64,000 nt of DNA from an uncultured Bacteriovoracaceae bacterium (GCA_964012805.1 CAXGUD010000019.1:15798-79797); one strand, 5' to 3'. Shown: positions 1 through 11,524, counted from the first letter of the stretch. Numbers and translations are program-made. The notes: generated by a model from the letters alone, not told the origin.

Positions 1-663
<663 letters not shown>

Positions 664-704
664 GTTTGAGCTTTTGTTATTAATTTAAATGACTGGATTC
701 AAAA

Positions 705-1115
705 ATGAGCCATTTTAAAGTAGATATTTTAACGCCATCCAGTGTTGTTGCAAAAGGCTTGGATGCAAGTTCTGTATTAGTCCCAACGGAGAGAGGTGAA
801 ATAAATCTTTTGCCTCAACATACTCATTTAATGGCTAAGCTAGATACCGGAGCTTTACGGTTGGAGGACAATGGTGGAAAAGGGAAGTTGTTTTTTATAA
901 CCAAGGGTGTATGTAAGGTTTTGAAGGATAAAATAACTATTCTTACAGCAGCTGGAGAAGAAGACTGCGATATAAACTTCTCGAGAGCACAAAAGTCTCT
1001 TGAAGAAAGCAAGCTTAAGCTTGAGTCAACTGAAGTTTTTCAGGACGGCGAAAGAGAAGAGCTTGAGGAAAAAAATCGGAGAGCTAGAACTCGATTAGAA
1101 ATAATTAAAAAATAA
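705..1115 (+). CDS. atpC: F0F1 ATP synthase epsilon subunit
   Basis: Follows atpD; GEINLLPQH motif, beta-sandwich plus C-terminal helical hairpin. Confidence 0.93.
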   Translation: MSHFKVDILTPSSVVAKGLDASSVLVPTERGEINLLPQHTHLMAKLDTGALRLEDNGGKGKLFFITKGVCKVLKDKITILTAAGEEDCDINFSRAQKSLEESKLKLESTEVFQDGEREELEEKNRRARTRLEIIKK

Positions 1116-1122
1116 CGATTTC

Positions 1123-1158
1123 TAAGCAGGCTTTAATTTCCAAGGCCTGCTTACTTTT
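1123..1158 (+). terminator. Intrinsic terminator of atp operon
   Basis: TAAGCAGGC (1123-1131) / GCCTGCTTA (1145-1153) inverted repeat followed by CTTTT. Confidence 0.75.
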
Positions 1159-1216
1159 GTCCCTTTTTATTTCATTGGTACTTGAAATTACAACAAATTA
1201 AGCGAAAATTAAATTC

Positions 1217-3061
1217 ATGTGGATCAATATAGTTTTAAAAAAACTAATTATCGCTTTTACCTCTTTATTAATCTTTTCCTTAAAAGGTTATGGCTCTGTC
1301 TCTTTATATAGCAGTCAGTTTGAACCCTTGAAAGAGTTGCTGACTAACATTAATAAAGCAGAAGAAAATCTGTTTTTTCACTTCAATAAATTTAAAAAGG
1401 AAAACATACAACCTCTTGATTTAGATTTTCAAGATGAAGCTTATTTTGTTAGTAAAGAAATCAATGAATTGGAGTCTTACTTAGATGAGCAATTAGAAAA
1501 TGAAAACGCAGTTTTTCATTTAAATAAAATAAATCCAATTGACGACAAAAGTTTGGAAAATTTTGTAAATGATGAAGACGAGGAGATTAATAAAATTCTA
1601 AACACAGAAGCTAAAAACAATAAAGCAATCGATCAAGATGAGTTAATGTTTTATGATTTTTCAAAGGAAAAAAAAACCGATTTTAAAAAATATAAAGATA
1701 AAAAGAAAATCAGGAAAAAAGACTTTTCGTCTGCCTCAGATGAAAAAATATCTAATGTCGTTAAAATGGCCATAAAGAGAGAGCTAAGTGAACCAATACG
1801 TAAGGATAGGGTTACTTTAAGAGCATCAAAGAATATAAAAAAACTTATAGCAGATAACAAAATTTTTACTAGAAAAAAGATTTTAAAAAGTTTAGATGAA
1901 AGATTTCCTGAATCTTATTTTGATTTAAATTTTTATAGATTAGAGATAGGTAAAGGTAAAAATGAAAAATTATTTAATTTAGAGTTTAGACCTCATTATA
2001 ATAAGTCAAAAAGAGTTTCTGATTTGGGAACTGGAAAGTTAGAGTTTAGGGAATATCCATTTAATAAGTTCTCTAGGCTGGCTGGTTCTATCTTTCATCA
2101 TGGTTCAATGATTACTAGGATATCTTTGCCAATAAGCGAAGGTATTAAAAAACAAAAAATACCACTAATTGATATTTCAAGTTTTGAAAATTATTTAAGC
2201 AAACATAATTTAAAAGGAGTAGGTGGATCGATCTTGATTGACTTCAAAGATGAAGACCCCATAAGAATTTTAATTGATTCTTCTTTTGAAAAGAAAATAT
2301 ACTTAGATGAAGATTTCAAAATTTCAGAATATTTTGGGAATCATCGATATACTTTATTCATTGGAGTTAATCCAGGTAATATTCTTTTGACTTTTATGAA
2401 ATCAAAAGACAAATATTCTGAAAAAATTATTTTTGTAGAGAGATCTGAAGTTACATACGAATATCCTGAAATTAAAGTAGGTTCAATTAGAAAGGTAAGT
2501 TTGTTAAAAAAGAATATTATGGGAAATAGGAAATCTGCTTTTTCCATAGATGAAGATAAAGTAAAGCTTTTTAACCAGCCTAAGATATCGGTTAGGAAAA
2601 TAGGTTTAAATCTATATGAATTTAAGACAAAGTTAACAGAAGTTGGAAAAAGAGAGTATTTAAGGCTAGATAACTTCGAAAAAAGCCTTTATTTAGGGTT
2701 TGGGAATGAAAAAAAATTAACAGTGCCAAGTAAAGGTTTTATGGATATGGTTTTAGACTCTTTTAATTTAGAGAATTTAGATAAAAGATGCATGATACAG
2801 GTTAATTTGAAAAATGCTCCATCTGAGGTTTTTATAGATGGTGATAGCTCATTAGGTCCTATAGATTTAGAAACTAGGTTCTTGGATAAGGAAGGAGTTT
2901 TTGAATCAGAGGTTGAAAACTTAAATGAACTTACAGATCAAATTTTTATCTTAGGAGACCACCAAGGTACAATTAATATAAGAATCAATTATATAAATGG
3001 ACAAACAGATACTTTACAAACAATATGTTCGGCAGATGACTATTTAATAGAACAATTATAA
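1217..3061 (+). CDS. Hypothetical exported protein, 614 aa
   Basis: Long ORF with N-terminal signal-like hydrophobic stretch; no recognised motif. Confidence 0.8.
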   Translation: MWINIVLKKLIIAFTSLLIFSLKGYGSVSLYSSQFEPLKELLTNINKAEENLFFHFNKFKKENIQPLDLDFQDEAYFVSKEINELESYLDEQLENENAVFHLNKINPIDDKSLENFVNDEDEEINKILNTEAKNNKAIDQDELMFYDFSKEKKTDFKKYKDKKKIRKKDFSSASDEKISNVVKMAIKRELSEPIRKDRVTLRASKNIKKLIADNKIFTRKKILKSLDERFPESYFDLNFYRLEIGKGKNEKLFNLEFRPHYNKSKRVSDLGTGKLEFREYPFNKFSRLAGSIFHHGSMITRISLPISEGIKKQKIPLIDISSFENYLSKHNLKGVGGSILIDFKDEDPIRILIDSSFEKKIYLDEDFKISEYFGNHRYTLFIGVNPGNILLTFMKSKDKYSEKIIFVERSEVTYEYPEIKVGSIRKVSLLKKNIMGNRKSAFSIDEDKVKLFNQPKISVRKIGLNLYEFKTKLTEVGKREYLRLDNFEKSLYLGFGNEKKLTVPSKGFMDMVLDSFNLENLDKRCMIQVNLKNAPSEVFIDGDSSLGPIDLETRFLDKEGVFESEVENLNELTDQIFILGDHQGTINIRINYINGQTDTLQTICSADDYLIEQL

Positions 3062-4243
3062 TTAACTTTCATATTCATGGTTTTTAAAGATATCAATTGT
3101 TCTTTTATATCCTAAGGAAATAAGTTCAGACATTTTATCAGGATCTAATGAAAAAGGGTTTTTAAAAAACATCTTAAAGCTATCACTTTTAGGATAAATA
3201 TCAATAAAGTGAATTCTTGGGTTAAAATCTAATTTTCTTTCTAGGATATTACATATTTTTTTTCTGTGATGATTTGAAAAATTATTATTTCTCATGTAAT
3301 CGCTTACTGTATTTATAATATCGCTTGCGGTACTTCGATTGGCCCTCGATGATATTATTTTCTTTTGGATAGCTAAATGAATAGTTTGCAATAGGATTGT
3401 TGGAATTCCATAATTGACTAAAGATCCAATTTCATCATGATAATGGTAAGGAGTATGTGTCCAAGAGCTAATTATAAATTCACATGAATTATCTACTGCC
3501 ACATGATTAGAAAGAGTTTCTCTAATTTCTCCATCAATATAATAGTCAACTTTATTTGTTTCCTCGTTTTTAATGGGGAAAGGTTTATAAATGGGAGGAA
3601 CACTCATGCTTGCTGCAACTGAATCGGCAACAGGGGTATTTGTATAATAAACTGAAGTTGAATCGTGAGATGGATTGGGATAATTATATTTATTAAAAAT
3701 TACTTTTCTTGAATGATCTAATTGTGTTGCTACAATAAAAAGATCAGCTTTATAATCTTCAAATTTATCCGAAATTAAAACATTTTCTTTGATGTAATTA
3801 TAAAGCCCATATGTACTAAAAAAACCATCTATTTTTTCAATTGGACTAATTAGAGCTCTTACAATTGGAGGGAAGTTATCAAATTGATTAAAGAACATTG
3901 GTTTTTTAGGTTTTTTGGAAATAGATTTTAAAGAAAGCATGTCAGTATATGTTATTGGCTTAATAACTGATTTATTTGATTTCTCTAAATAGGCTTCTAT
4001 TACTTCCATTGGTTTATATCCACAAGCAAAGTATAGATTTACAAGAGCTCCTACACTAGACCCAACATATGTTGATATTTCTAAGTTAGAGTCATTAGGA
4101 GATAGGTTGCATTTAAATGTAAAACCTAGTTCTTCCAAAGCTAGGGCTACACCCATATGCCAAGCAGCAGCTTTGACGACACCCCCGCTTAAAACTAAAC
4201 CGACCTTTTTATTTTTAAAATTTGAAATATCTACTCTTTGCAT
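3062..4243 (-). CDS. Patatin-like phospholipase
   Basis: LVLSGGVVKA glycine loop, GSSVG nucleophile elbow, ASMSVP, YIDGE (DGG variant). Confidence 0.9.
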   Translation of the reverse strand: MQRVDISNFKNKKVGLVLSGGVVKAAAWHMGVALALEELGFTFKCNLSPNDSNLEISTYVGSSVGALVNLYFACGYKPMEVIEAYLEKSNKSVIKPITYTDMLSLKSISKKPKKPMFFNQFDNFPPIVRALISPIEKIDGFFSTYGLYNYIKENVLISDKFEDYKADLFIVATQLDHSRKVIFNKYNYPNPSHDSTSVYYTNTPVADSVAASMSVPPIYKPFPIKNEETNKVDYYIDGEIRETLSNHVAVDNSCEFIISSWTHTPYHYHDEIGSLVNYGIPTILLQTIHLAIQKKIISSRANRSTASDIINTVSDYMRNNNFSNHHRKKICNILERKLDFNPRIHFIDIYPKSDSFKMFFKNPFSLDPDKMSELISLGYKRTIDIFKNHEYES

Positions 4244-4371
4244 TTAAAGATTATAATAAAATATTGAACCAATTTTAAGGTCGAATATATTGTCTATTAT
4301 ATGGCTTTGCTAATATCTAACTTTTTTTGTGAAGACTATTAGGTTAAAATAGAAATGTATTATCATTTAAC

Positions 4372-4698
4372 ATGAATGGAGATGTTTTGAATAAAGGAGC
4401 TTGGTTATCAATTATTGAATATGCTGATTTTAGAAATATATCAATTGCTGGTGCTAGAAGCTTTATTAAAACAGGAAAAGTAAAGTCTGAGTTACATGAG
4501 GGGAAATACTATATTTTAGTAAATGAGGAAGATTTTAAAATTTACTCAAGAGAAAGAGAAAAAAAATATATGGCAATTAAACTGGAACTTGATAATTTAA
4601 GAAAAGAGGTAACAGAGTTAAATGTTAAAAATAAAGAACTGCAAAATATAATCCATCATTTTAAAGTAAATAAAGACGATATGACTTTAACAGTTTAA
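4372..4698 (+). CDS. Small putative DNA-binding protein (MerR/Xis-like HTH plus coiled coil)
   Basis: WLSIIEYA...ISIAGARSFIKTGKV pattern followed by heptad-rich C-terminus. Confidence 0.6.
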   Translation: MNGDVLNKGAWLSIIEYADFRNISIAGARSFIKTGKVKSELHEGKYYILVNEEDFKIYSREREKKYMAIKLELDNLRKEVTELNVKNKELQNIIHHFKVNKDDMTLTV

Positions 4699-4706
4699 TA
4701 ATTTCT

Positions 4707-6212
4707 ATGAAAAATAAAACTATTAAATTATTTAAACCCTTCTTCTTTTTATCCTTATTTTTTGCACTTACTTGCACTATTTATTCCAAAGAAAATAATT
4801 TAAGAAATTGTATGTTACTTCCGGTAGAAGATTCATTCAAAGATACTATATCATTCAAGGTTTTTTTAGAAATAGAGAATTATCTTAAAGAAAGCAACTG
4901 GTGCTATTATAAATATAATTCAGAGATTTTGAATATACTTGGGAATTATAAAAATAATCTGTCTACACATTTAAGAAATAAAAATGTCTTAAAATTAGTT
5001 TCTGATAAAACTAAATCAGGTTCTCTAATTAAAATTAATATTTTTAAAAAAAATAAAGGAGTTCGACTCAGATTAATAGTTTATGGAAGTAATGGGACTG
5101 ATATATTATTTGATGAAACTGAAGATACTAATGAATTAGATATTAATAAAATAAATCTTATATTAAAAAATTGGTTAAATTTATATTCAAAAGAAATCCC
5201 TTATGATGGAAAGATTATTGGAGTTCTAGGTGATCAATTTACAATCGATATGGGAAATGAAATTGGTTTAATTGAAGGCAGTTTAGTGAAAATAATAAGA
5301 CCAACTATTAAAAGAAAACATCCACTTTTAAAAAGAATAGTAGATTGGGAAACAAAAGAAATTGGATCTGCAAAAATTTTTCTATCAAATGACTTATCCT
5401 CGCAAGGAAAAGTTTATGATTATGAACCTAAACAAAGGTTGAAAATTGGTGATTGGATAATTATAGATAAAAAAAAGGATTTTTCAAAAACAAGAATAGA
5501 TAACGATTTTAATATAAGACCAAAGAGAGAAAACTTCAACTTCGGTAGACTAGGACAATTTGGCATTTTATTAAGTTTTGGAGCTGGAAGTGGAACATCA
5601 AACGAAAGCTCACAAAATCTTAAAAAGATTGGAGGGGCACTATTAGGTATAGACTCTAATTTGGAGTTATGGTTTACAAGAAATTTCTGGTTTGAACTTA
5701 ATTATGGAAAAAGCTTTGGTAGTTTTGAAAAGGAAGAAGGAAGTTTTTCGCCCATCACTTCTAATAGTTCGTTTAGTCAATTCAAATTAAAATTTGGCTA
5801 TAAGTATTTACCTTTAGGATTTTATTATGGTCCTCAAATCGATGGTTACCTAGGGTTCGGAAATTATAGTTACTCTATTGATCATTTGCCTACGGTAGGT
5901 TTAACTCCTGTTACTTCTTCTGGTTTTCTTATGGGGCTAAGAGGTAATATGCCTATTATTGAAGATTTGCGTGGATTTATTGCATTTGATTTTCTTTTAG
6001 GTTCAAGCTTCACTGAAGAAACTAGTTTAAATGGTAAAGTCAAATCATCTTCTCACTTTCATCTATCTATAGGTGGGGATTACAAATTTGCTAAAAATAT
6101 AAAATTATTAGCTGCATTCTCTATGGACTCAAGTAATGGTACCTATTCAGAAACTACGAACGCTAAATTTAAACAGAGCGCATTAAAATTTGGAGTAAAT
6201 TTTAGCTTTTAG
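4707..6212 (+). CDS. Hypothetical outer-membrane protein with periplasmic N-domains and C-terminal beta-barrel
   Basis: Signal peptide; alternating Gly/aromatic strands in C-terminal half; ends LKFGVNFSF. Confidence 0.75.
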   Translation: MKNKTIKLFKPFFFLSLFFALTCTIYSKENNLRNCMLLPVEDSFKDTISFKVFLEIENYLKESNWCYYKYNSEILNILGNYKNNLSTHLRNKNVLKLVSDKTKSGSLIKINIFKKNKGVRLRLIVYGSNGTDILFDETEDTNELDINKINLILKNWLNLYSKEIPYDGKIIGVLGDQFTIDMGNEIGLIEGSLVKIIRPTIKRKHPLLKRIVDWETKEIGSAKIFLSNDLSSQGKVYDYEPKQRLKIGDWIIIDKKKDFSKTRIDNDFNIRPKRENFNFGRLGQFGILLSFGAGSGTSNESSQNLKKIGGALLGIDSNLELWFTRNFWFELNYGKSFGSFEKEEGSFSPITSNSSFSQFKLKFGYKYLPLGFYYGPQIDGYLGFGNYSYSIDHLPTVGLTPVTSSGFLMGLRGNMPIIEDLRGFIAFDFLLGSSFTEETSLNGKVKSSSHFHLSIGGDYKFAKNIKLLAAFSMDSSNGTYSETTNAKFKQSALKFGVNFSF

Positions 6213-7702
6213 ACTTTGAATAGAGTCTTAATTGTTTCTTTCCATTCATTATGTTTCTTTTTGTAAAAAGAGGTATTTTCATCAATACCTTCAATAACTT
6301 TATCTTTTTTCCAAAATAATTGAATATCATCTACTTTTATTAAGTTGTTCCCGATAGCCGAAGCTAAACCGGCACCATAAGCGGTTGTTTCTATAATTTT
6401 TGGCTTAAGAATCTTTAATTCAGAAATTGTTGCTTGAATTTCCATGAGTAGGTCATTATTTACAGCACCACCATCAACTTTAAGTTCTTTTAAATTCAGA
6501 TTTGTATCATCTATCATTGCTTCTATTAAGTCTTGAATAGACAATGCTATTCCATCCAAGCACGCCCTTGCTATATGTGAATCTTGAGTATCTCTTGTCA
6601 TTCCTAGTATTGCAGCTTTGGCATCTGATTTCCAATAAGGTGATCCTATCCCGGTAAAAAAAGGAAGGAAAAGAAGGTTTTCCATTTCTTCTAGCCTTGT
6701 AACGTTCTTAGCTAATTTTTCTACATCGGGGCTGGTATTAATTATTTTTAATTGATCTCTTAGCCATCCAACTGCTGCACCAGCTATATAACAACTTCCT
6801 TCTAATGCATAAACGGTTTGGTTTTTATATCTAAAAGCAATAGTAGAAAGAAGTCCATTTTTAGAAAAGTGAATTTTTTCACCAGTGTTTAGAAGCATAA
6901 AAGCACCAGTACCATAAGTGCATTTAATATCGCCTTCTTTAATGCCTGCTTGTCCAAAAAGAGCCGCCTGTTGATCACCTAATATTCCTGTTATGGGAAT
7001 TCCATCCGGAAGAAATGACAAGTCTTTTGTTGTTCCAAAAAGGCTGAAAGAATCAACTATTTCGGGTAATGAATCATCAGATATTTCAAAAATTTCTAGA
7101 AGTTCTTCAGACCACTTTGTCGTTTTTAAATCCATTAATAAGGTTCTTGAAGCATTGGATGGTTCTGTTTTAAATGACTTTAGACCAGATAGCTTGTAAA
7201 GAAGAAAAGTATCTATTGTTCCAAATTTAAGATTTCCTTTTTCTCTGGCTTCTTCTATTCTTTTATTATTTTTCAAAAGCCAGTTCATCTTTGAGCCTGA
7301 AAAGTAAGGATCTAAAGTAAGGCCTGTCTTTTGTTTGAATTTTTCTTCAAGTCCTCTATTTTTTAATTCTTCACAGAAATGGAACGTTCTTCGGTCTTGC
7401 CAGACGATAGCATTTGATAGGGGGACGCCATTATTGTCAAATGCGCATGTCGTTTCTCTCTGATTTGTAATACCTATGCAGGATATTGATTTGGTATCTA
7501 CTTTATTTTTTTTTATCAGCTCTCCTACAGTCTCTTCTACAGTACTCCAAATATCGTTTAGGTTATGTTCAACAAGTCCTGGAGAGGGAAAAATTTGAGG
7601 AAATTCTTTGTTTATTTTATCTATTACATCAAAAGATTCGGAATCTATTAAAAGGCTTGTGGTGCCAGTTGTCCCTTGATCAATAGAAATTATATAGTTC
7701 AT
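6209..7702 (-). CDS. glpK: Glycerol kinase
   Basis: IDQGTTGT, GITNQRETT, WQDRRT, GDQQAALFGQ, TYGTGAF, VDGG, ETTA motifs. Confidence 0.98.
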   Translation of the reverse strand: MNYIISIDQGTTGTTSLLIDSESFDVIDKINKEFPQIFPSPGLVEHNLNDIWSTVEETVGELIKKNKVDTKSISCIGITNQRETTCAFDNNGVPLSNAIVWQDRRTFHFCEELKNRGLEEKFKQKTGLTLDPYFSGSKMNWLLKNNKRIEEAREKGNLKFGTIDTFLLYKLSGLKSFKTEPSNASRTLLMDLKTTKWSEELLEIFEISDDSLPEIVDSFSLFGTTKDLSFLPDGIPITGILGDQQAALFGQAGIKEGDIKCTYGTGAFMLLNTGEKIHFSKNGLLSTIAFRYKNQTVYALEGSCYIAGAAVGWLRDQLKIINTSPDVEKLAKNVTRLEEMENLLFLPFFTGIGSPYWKSDAKAAILGMTRDTQDSHIARACLDGIALSIQDLIEAMIDDTNLNLKELKVDGGAVNNDLLMEIQATISELKILKPKIIETTAYGAGLASAIGNNLIKVDDIQLFWKKDKVIEGIDENTSFYKKKHNEWKETIKTLFKV

Positions 7703-7764
7703 GTAAATTTCTCCAGCTAGTTTAATTTCCTTTATCTTATAAAAAGGTTAACTAAAAAAAAACA

Positions 7765-7989
7765 TTAAAGAAGTATTATATCAGTTGAAGTTGGCTTGGA
7801 AATTAGTTTTATGAGGGCTTCCCACCTGTTACCTATTCCAGTATTAAATAGTTTGATACAAGCTAAGGAAAGAATTACGATTGTTAAAAGAAGGAGGATA
7901 AACTCAATAAGTGTCTGTCCTCTTTTGTCTAGGAGGGCTTCGGAGATAGGGTTGCTTTTTTTGCTATGCGTTTTTTTTGAAAAATTTAT
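7765..7989 (-). CDS. Type IV pilin-like protein with class III signal peptide; apparent ATA start; not in ORF track
   Basis: Manual translation ...DKRG|QTLIEFILLLLTIVILSLACIKLFNTGIGNRWEALIKLISKPTSTDIILL*; AAGGA 8 nt upstream of ATA; TATAAT at 8026-8021. Confidence 0.7.
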   Translation of the reverse strand: MNFSKKTHSKKSNPISEALLDKRGQTLIEFILLLLTIVILSLACIKLFNTGIGNRWEALIKLISKPTSTDIILL

Positions 7990-8056
7990 TGCTTGTTTCC
8001 TTATAACTTTGTATTTAATGATTATAGTTTAGACCAATCTTCCTTTTAGGGATTCA

Positions 8057-8608
8057 ATGAAGAAATATTTTCCAATCCTTATTTTTCTTTTAGTTTTTTT
8101 TATGTTCCTAGGTGGACAGGTTTCTTATGATTTAGCTTATTCAAAAAAAGGTTCCTTGAGCGATGACTCCTACCTTCATTACCAAAAGCTATTTGATGAA
8201 TTTGACTTCGATTCCATATCAGGGCATAGGGTCGAATTGATAAATATAAAAGCCCCAATTGTCATTTTAAACTTTTGGGCTTCGTGGTGTTTACCATGTA
8301 TTGAAGAACTTCCTTCCTTAGTTGCCCTCAGAAAATTATATTCAGAACAAGAGGTTTTTATACTTGGGGTCAACTCAGACCAAGACAATCAATACTTCAA
8401 AATAAAGAAAATAGTAAGGAAGCTAAAGCTAAACTTTCCTCAAGTTGCAGATTCTACAGGAGAAATTTTAGCAAACTTTAATGTTGAAGCCCTTCCACTA
8501 ACTCTATTTTTTTATAGAGGAAAAGTTTTAAAAGTAAACTATGGAGCAATTGATTTTATGTCTAAGCCCATCCTCAGTAAATTAGAAGGGATTTTGGAAA
8601 ATGGTTAA
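8057..8608 (+). CDS. TlpA/ResA-family thiol-disulfide oxidoreductase
   Basis: N-terminal membrane anchor, LNFWASWCLPC, VEALP cis-Pro loop. Confidence 0.92.
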   Translation: MKKYFPILIFLLVFFMFLGGQVSYDLAYSKKGSLSDDSYLHYQKLFDEFDFDSISGHRVELINIKAPIVILNFWASWCLPCIEELPSLVALRKLYSEQEVFILGVNSDQDNQYFKIKKIVRKLKLNFPQVADSTGEILANFNVEALPLTLFFYRGKVLKVNYGAIDFMSKPILSKLEGILENG

Positions 8609-9843
8609 ATTTCAGTTGTAATTGTTCCTGAGGAAAGTTGACGCCCCCAGTTGTAAGTAATCGAGTTAATATTTGATACATCGAACATTGTAAATCTTGG
8701 TCTTAAGCTTTGAACTATAGCTCCTTGGTTTTTAAGGCCAAGTGCGTGTGCGGCATTTAGCGTAATAGAAGACCAAAGTTCTGCCATATTCATTTGGTAG
8801 GCAGGAGCGGCGAGTGATGCAACAAGTATTACGTTATCACAATGGCAAGAACCTGGGTTATAATCTGAGGCGATGGCTACTTTCGCGCCTTGGTCTAGGA
8901 AGCGTCTAGCATTAGCTTGTGGTTTACCCAAAAAGAAGCCTGTACCAGGTAAAAGCGTTGCAACGGTATTAGAATCCGCCAACGCTTTAATTCCATCTTG
9001 CCCAGTTTGTAAAAGGTGATCAGTGCTTAAAGCATCGTATTTAGAAGCTAGAAGAGCGCCTTGGTTGTCAAAAAACTCATCAGCATGACTTTTTCTATTT
9101 ATTCCTAAAGACTGAGCTTTTTTAAAAAGCAGCTTCGTATCTTCTTGGTCAAAGTAATTTTTTTCATGAAAAATATCAACAGCATCTACAATATTTTTAT
9201 CTGATAACTCTTCTAAAAGTGGAATAACTACAGCATCCATAAATTCCTTAGAGTTTTTGTACTCTTTTGGGACGGCATGAGCTGCCATATAGGTATTTTT
9301 AATTTGAATTCTTGGATAAAAATGCTTTTTAAGTTTATCTATAACTTTGGTAAGCTCCAACTCTTTTGAATAAGTTAAGCCATAGCCACTTTTGATTTCA
9401 ATAGTTCCTATGCCATAAGAATGTATTCTATTTATTCTTTCAACACTAATATCAAAAAGCTCCTCGCTTGATAGTATTTGGGTGCCTCTCATGGTATTTA
9501 AAATCCCACCGCCTGACTTTGCGATTTCTTGATAATCAGCACCATTTAGTCTCATGGAATATTCATCAGCTCTATCCCCTCCAAAAATAAGGTGTGTATG
9601 AGAATCAACGATTTCTGGAGTAAGAACTTTTCCATCAAAATAGGAGTGTTCTGCTGTTTCTTCATATTTTTTTGGAAAATCTTTTTCCAAGCCGACCCAT
9701 AAAATTTCGGTGGGTGAACAAACCACACTTGCTTTTTGAAGTACATTCATATCCTCGGGTTTAAGACTCCTACCATCTTTTTTGTATGAGCCCTCTAAGG
9801 TAAGGATTTGATCAAAGTTTCTAAAAGCTTTTAGTGACTTCAT
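8605..9843 (-). CDS. hutI: Imidazolonepropionase (start trimmed to ATG 9843)
   Basis: DSHTHLIFGGDRADE, GGGI, EIKSGYGL, HADE, DHL, ASDYNPGS; longer ORF start overlaps hutU. Confidence 0.96.
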   Translation of the reverse strand: MKSLKAFRNFDQILTLEGSYKKDGRSLKPEDMNVLQKASVVCSPTEILWVGLEKDFPKKYEETAEHSYFDGKVLTPEIVDSHTHLIFGGDRADEYSMRLNGADYQEIAKSGGGILNTMRGTQILSSEELFDISVERINRIHSYGIGTIEIKSGYGLTYSKELELTKVIDKLKKHFYPRIQIKNTYMAAHAVPKEYKNSKEFMDAVVIPLLEELSDKNIVDAVDIFHEKNYFDQEDTKLLFKKAQSLGINRKSHADEFFDNQGALLASKYDALSTDHLLQTGQDGIKALADSNTVATLLPGTGFFLGKPQANARRFLDQGAKVAIASDYNPGSCHCDNVILVASLAAPAYQMNMAELWSSITLNAAHALGLKNQGAIVQSLRPRFTMFDVSNINSITYNWGRQLSSGTITTEI

Positions 9844-9859
9844 TTTTGTTTTTCCTGAC

Positions 9860-11524
9860 TTAATCCCATTCAGAAGGAAACTCCATATTTGTTTTTGTTG
9901 ATTCCTCTTTGGCCAGTTCATAACCTGCATCCAGATGTCTAATTATGCCCATCCCAGGGTCTGAATTTAGAACCCTTGAAAGTCTTTTATCCATATCTTC
10001 AGAACCGTCTGCTAGAATAACCATACCAGCGTGTTGAGAGAATCCCATTCCAACACCTCCACCATGATGGAAACTAGTCCAGGAGGCACCGTTCATCGTA
10101 TTTATCATCAGGTTAAGCAATGGCCAGTCTGAAACTGCGTCTGTTCCATCTTTCATGGATTCTGTTTCCCTGTTTGGAGAAGCAACTGATCCACAATCAA
10201 GGTGATCTCTTCCAATTACAATAGGAGCTTTAACTTTCTTTTCTCTCACTAGCTTATTGAAAAGAAGACCTGCTTTCTCTCTTTCTCCGTATTTTAGCCA
10301 ACATATTCTTGAAGGTAAGCCTTGGAATTGGATCATATTTTGAGCTTTATCAAGCCAATTAATAAGCTTTGAATTTTCTGGAAATAATTCTTTCAAAGCC
10401 TCATCTGTGACTTTTATGTCTTCAGGATCTCCACTTAAGGCAACCCAGCGAAAAGGGCCGGAACCTTGGCAAAAAAGAGGCCTAATATAGGCAGGTACAA
10501 AACCTGGAAAGTTAAAGGCATTATTAACACCTACCCTTTCAGCACCAGCTCTTAAGTTATTTCCGTAATCAAAAACATGCGAACCTCTTTTTTGAAACTC
10601 TAGCATCGCTTTTACGTGATCACCCATCGTCTCATAACTTTTCTTAGTGTATTCTTCAGGGTTGTTTTTTCTAAGGTCTAAAGCTTCATTTATTTTCATG
10701 CCTCTTGGGACGTAGCCTTCAAGTGGGTCATGAGCTGACGTTTGGTCTGTAACGAGGTCAGGAGTTATACCCTTTTCAAGAATGAACTCAAAAAAGTCAG
10801 CAGCATTACCTAAAACACCTATTGAGATTGCTTTTCCTTCTTCCTTAAACTTTAATCCCTGCTCTAGGGCCTCTTCAAAAGTGTTAACTTTAATGTCGAG
10901 ATAACCTGTTTCGATTCTTTTATCGATTCTTTTTTCTTCAACATCACATCCTATAAAAACTCCGTTGGCCATTTTTACAGCTAATGGTTGCGCTCCACCC
11001 ATGCCACCTATTCCTGCGGTTAAAACAAGCTTTTTTCTTAAGTCACTGCCAACGCCGTAATGTTTTTCAGCAGCGGCCATAAATGTTTCGTAAGTTCCTT
11101 GCAGTATCCCTTGAGAGCCTATGTAGATCCAAGATCCCGCTGTCATTTGTCCATACATAAATTTGTCTTGATCACGGAGAAGTTTAAAATGATCCCAGTT
11201 AGACCAATTTGGAACAAGGTTGGAGTTGGCAATAAGGACTCTTGGGCCGTGTTCGTGGCTAGGAATAATGGCTACTGGTTTTCCAGATTGAATTAAGAGG
11301 GTCTGGTTATTTTCTAATTTTTTTAAAGCCTGAATTATATTTCGAAGGGCTTTGTGGTTTCTAGCAGCTTTCCCATTTCCTCCATAGACAATGAGGCTAT
11401 CTCTATCTTCAGCTACATCTGGATGAAGGTTATTTAAAAGGCATCTAAGAGCTGCTTCTTGGTGCCAACCTTTACAGTTAAGTTCAGTACCTGTTGGTGG
11501 GAGGGGAATTTGATTTGATTTCAT
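9860..11524 (-). CDS. hutU: Urocanate hydratase
   Basis: [56 protein letters not shown]. Confidence 0.99.
   Translation of the reverse strand: MKSNQIPLPPTGTELNCKGWHQEAALRCLLNNLHPDVAEDRDSLIVYGGNGKAARNHKALRNIIQALKKLENNQTLLIQSGKPVAIIPSHEHGPRVLIANSNLVPNWSNWDHFKLLRDQDKFMYGQMTAGSWIYIGSQGILQGTYETFMAAAEKHYGVGSDLRKKLVLTAGIGGMGGAQPLAVKMANGVFIGCDVEEKRIDKRIETGYLDIKVNTFEEALEQGLKFKEEGKAISIGVLGNAADFFEFILEKGITPDLVTDQTSAHDPLEGYVPRGMKINEALDLRKNNPEEYTKKSYETMGDHVKAMLEFQKRGSHVFDYGNNLRAGAERVGVNNAFNFPGFVPAYIRPLFCQGSGPFRWVALSGDPEDIKVTDEALKELFPENSKLINWLDKAQNMIQFQGLPSRICWLKYGEREKAGLLFNKLVREKKVKAPIVIGRDHLDCGSVASPNRETESMKDGTDAVSDWPLLNLMINTMNGASWTSFHHGGGVGMGFSQHAGMVILADGSEDMDKRLSRVLNSDPGMGIIRHLDAGYELAKEESTKTNMEFPSEWD

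Noticed and set aside
7796..8032. 78-aa plus-strand ORF
   Set aside because: Antisense shadow of the prepilin-like frame; no motif or SD.
9844..9930. N-terminal extension of hutI in the ORF track
   Set aside because: Overlaps hutU; ATG 9843 has an AGGA SD and is the better start.
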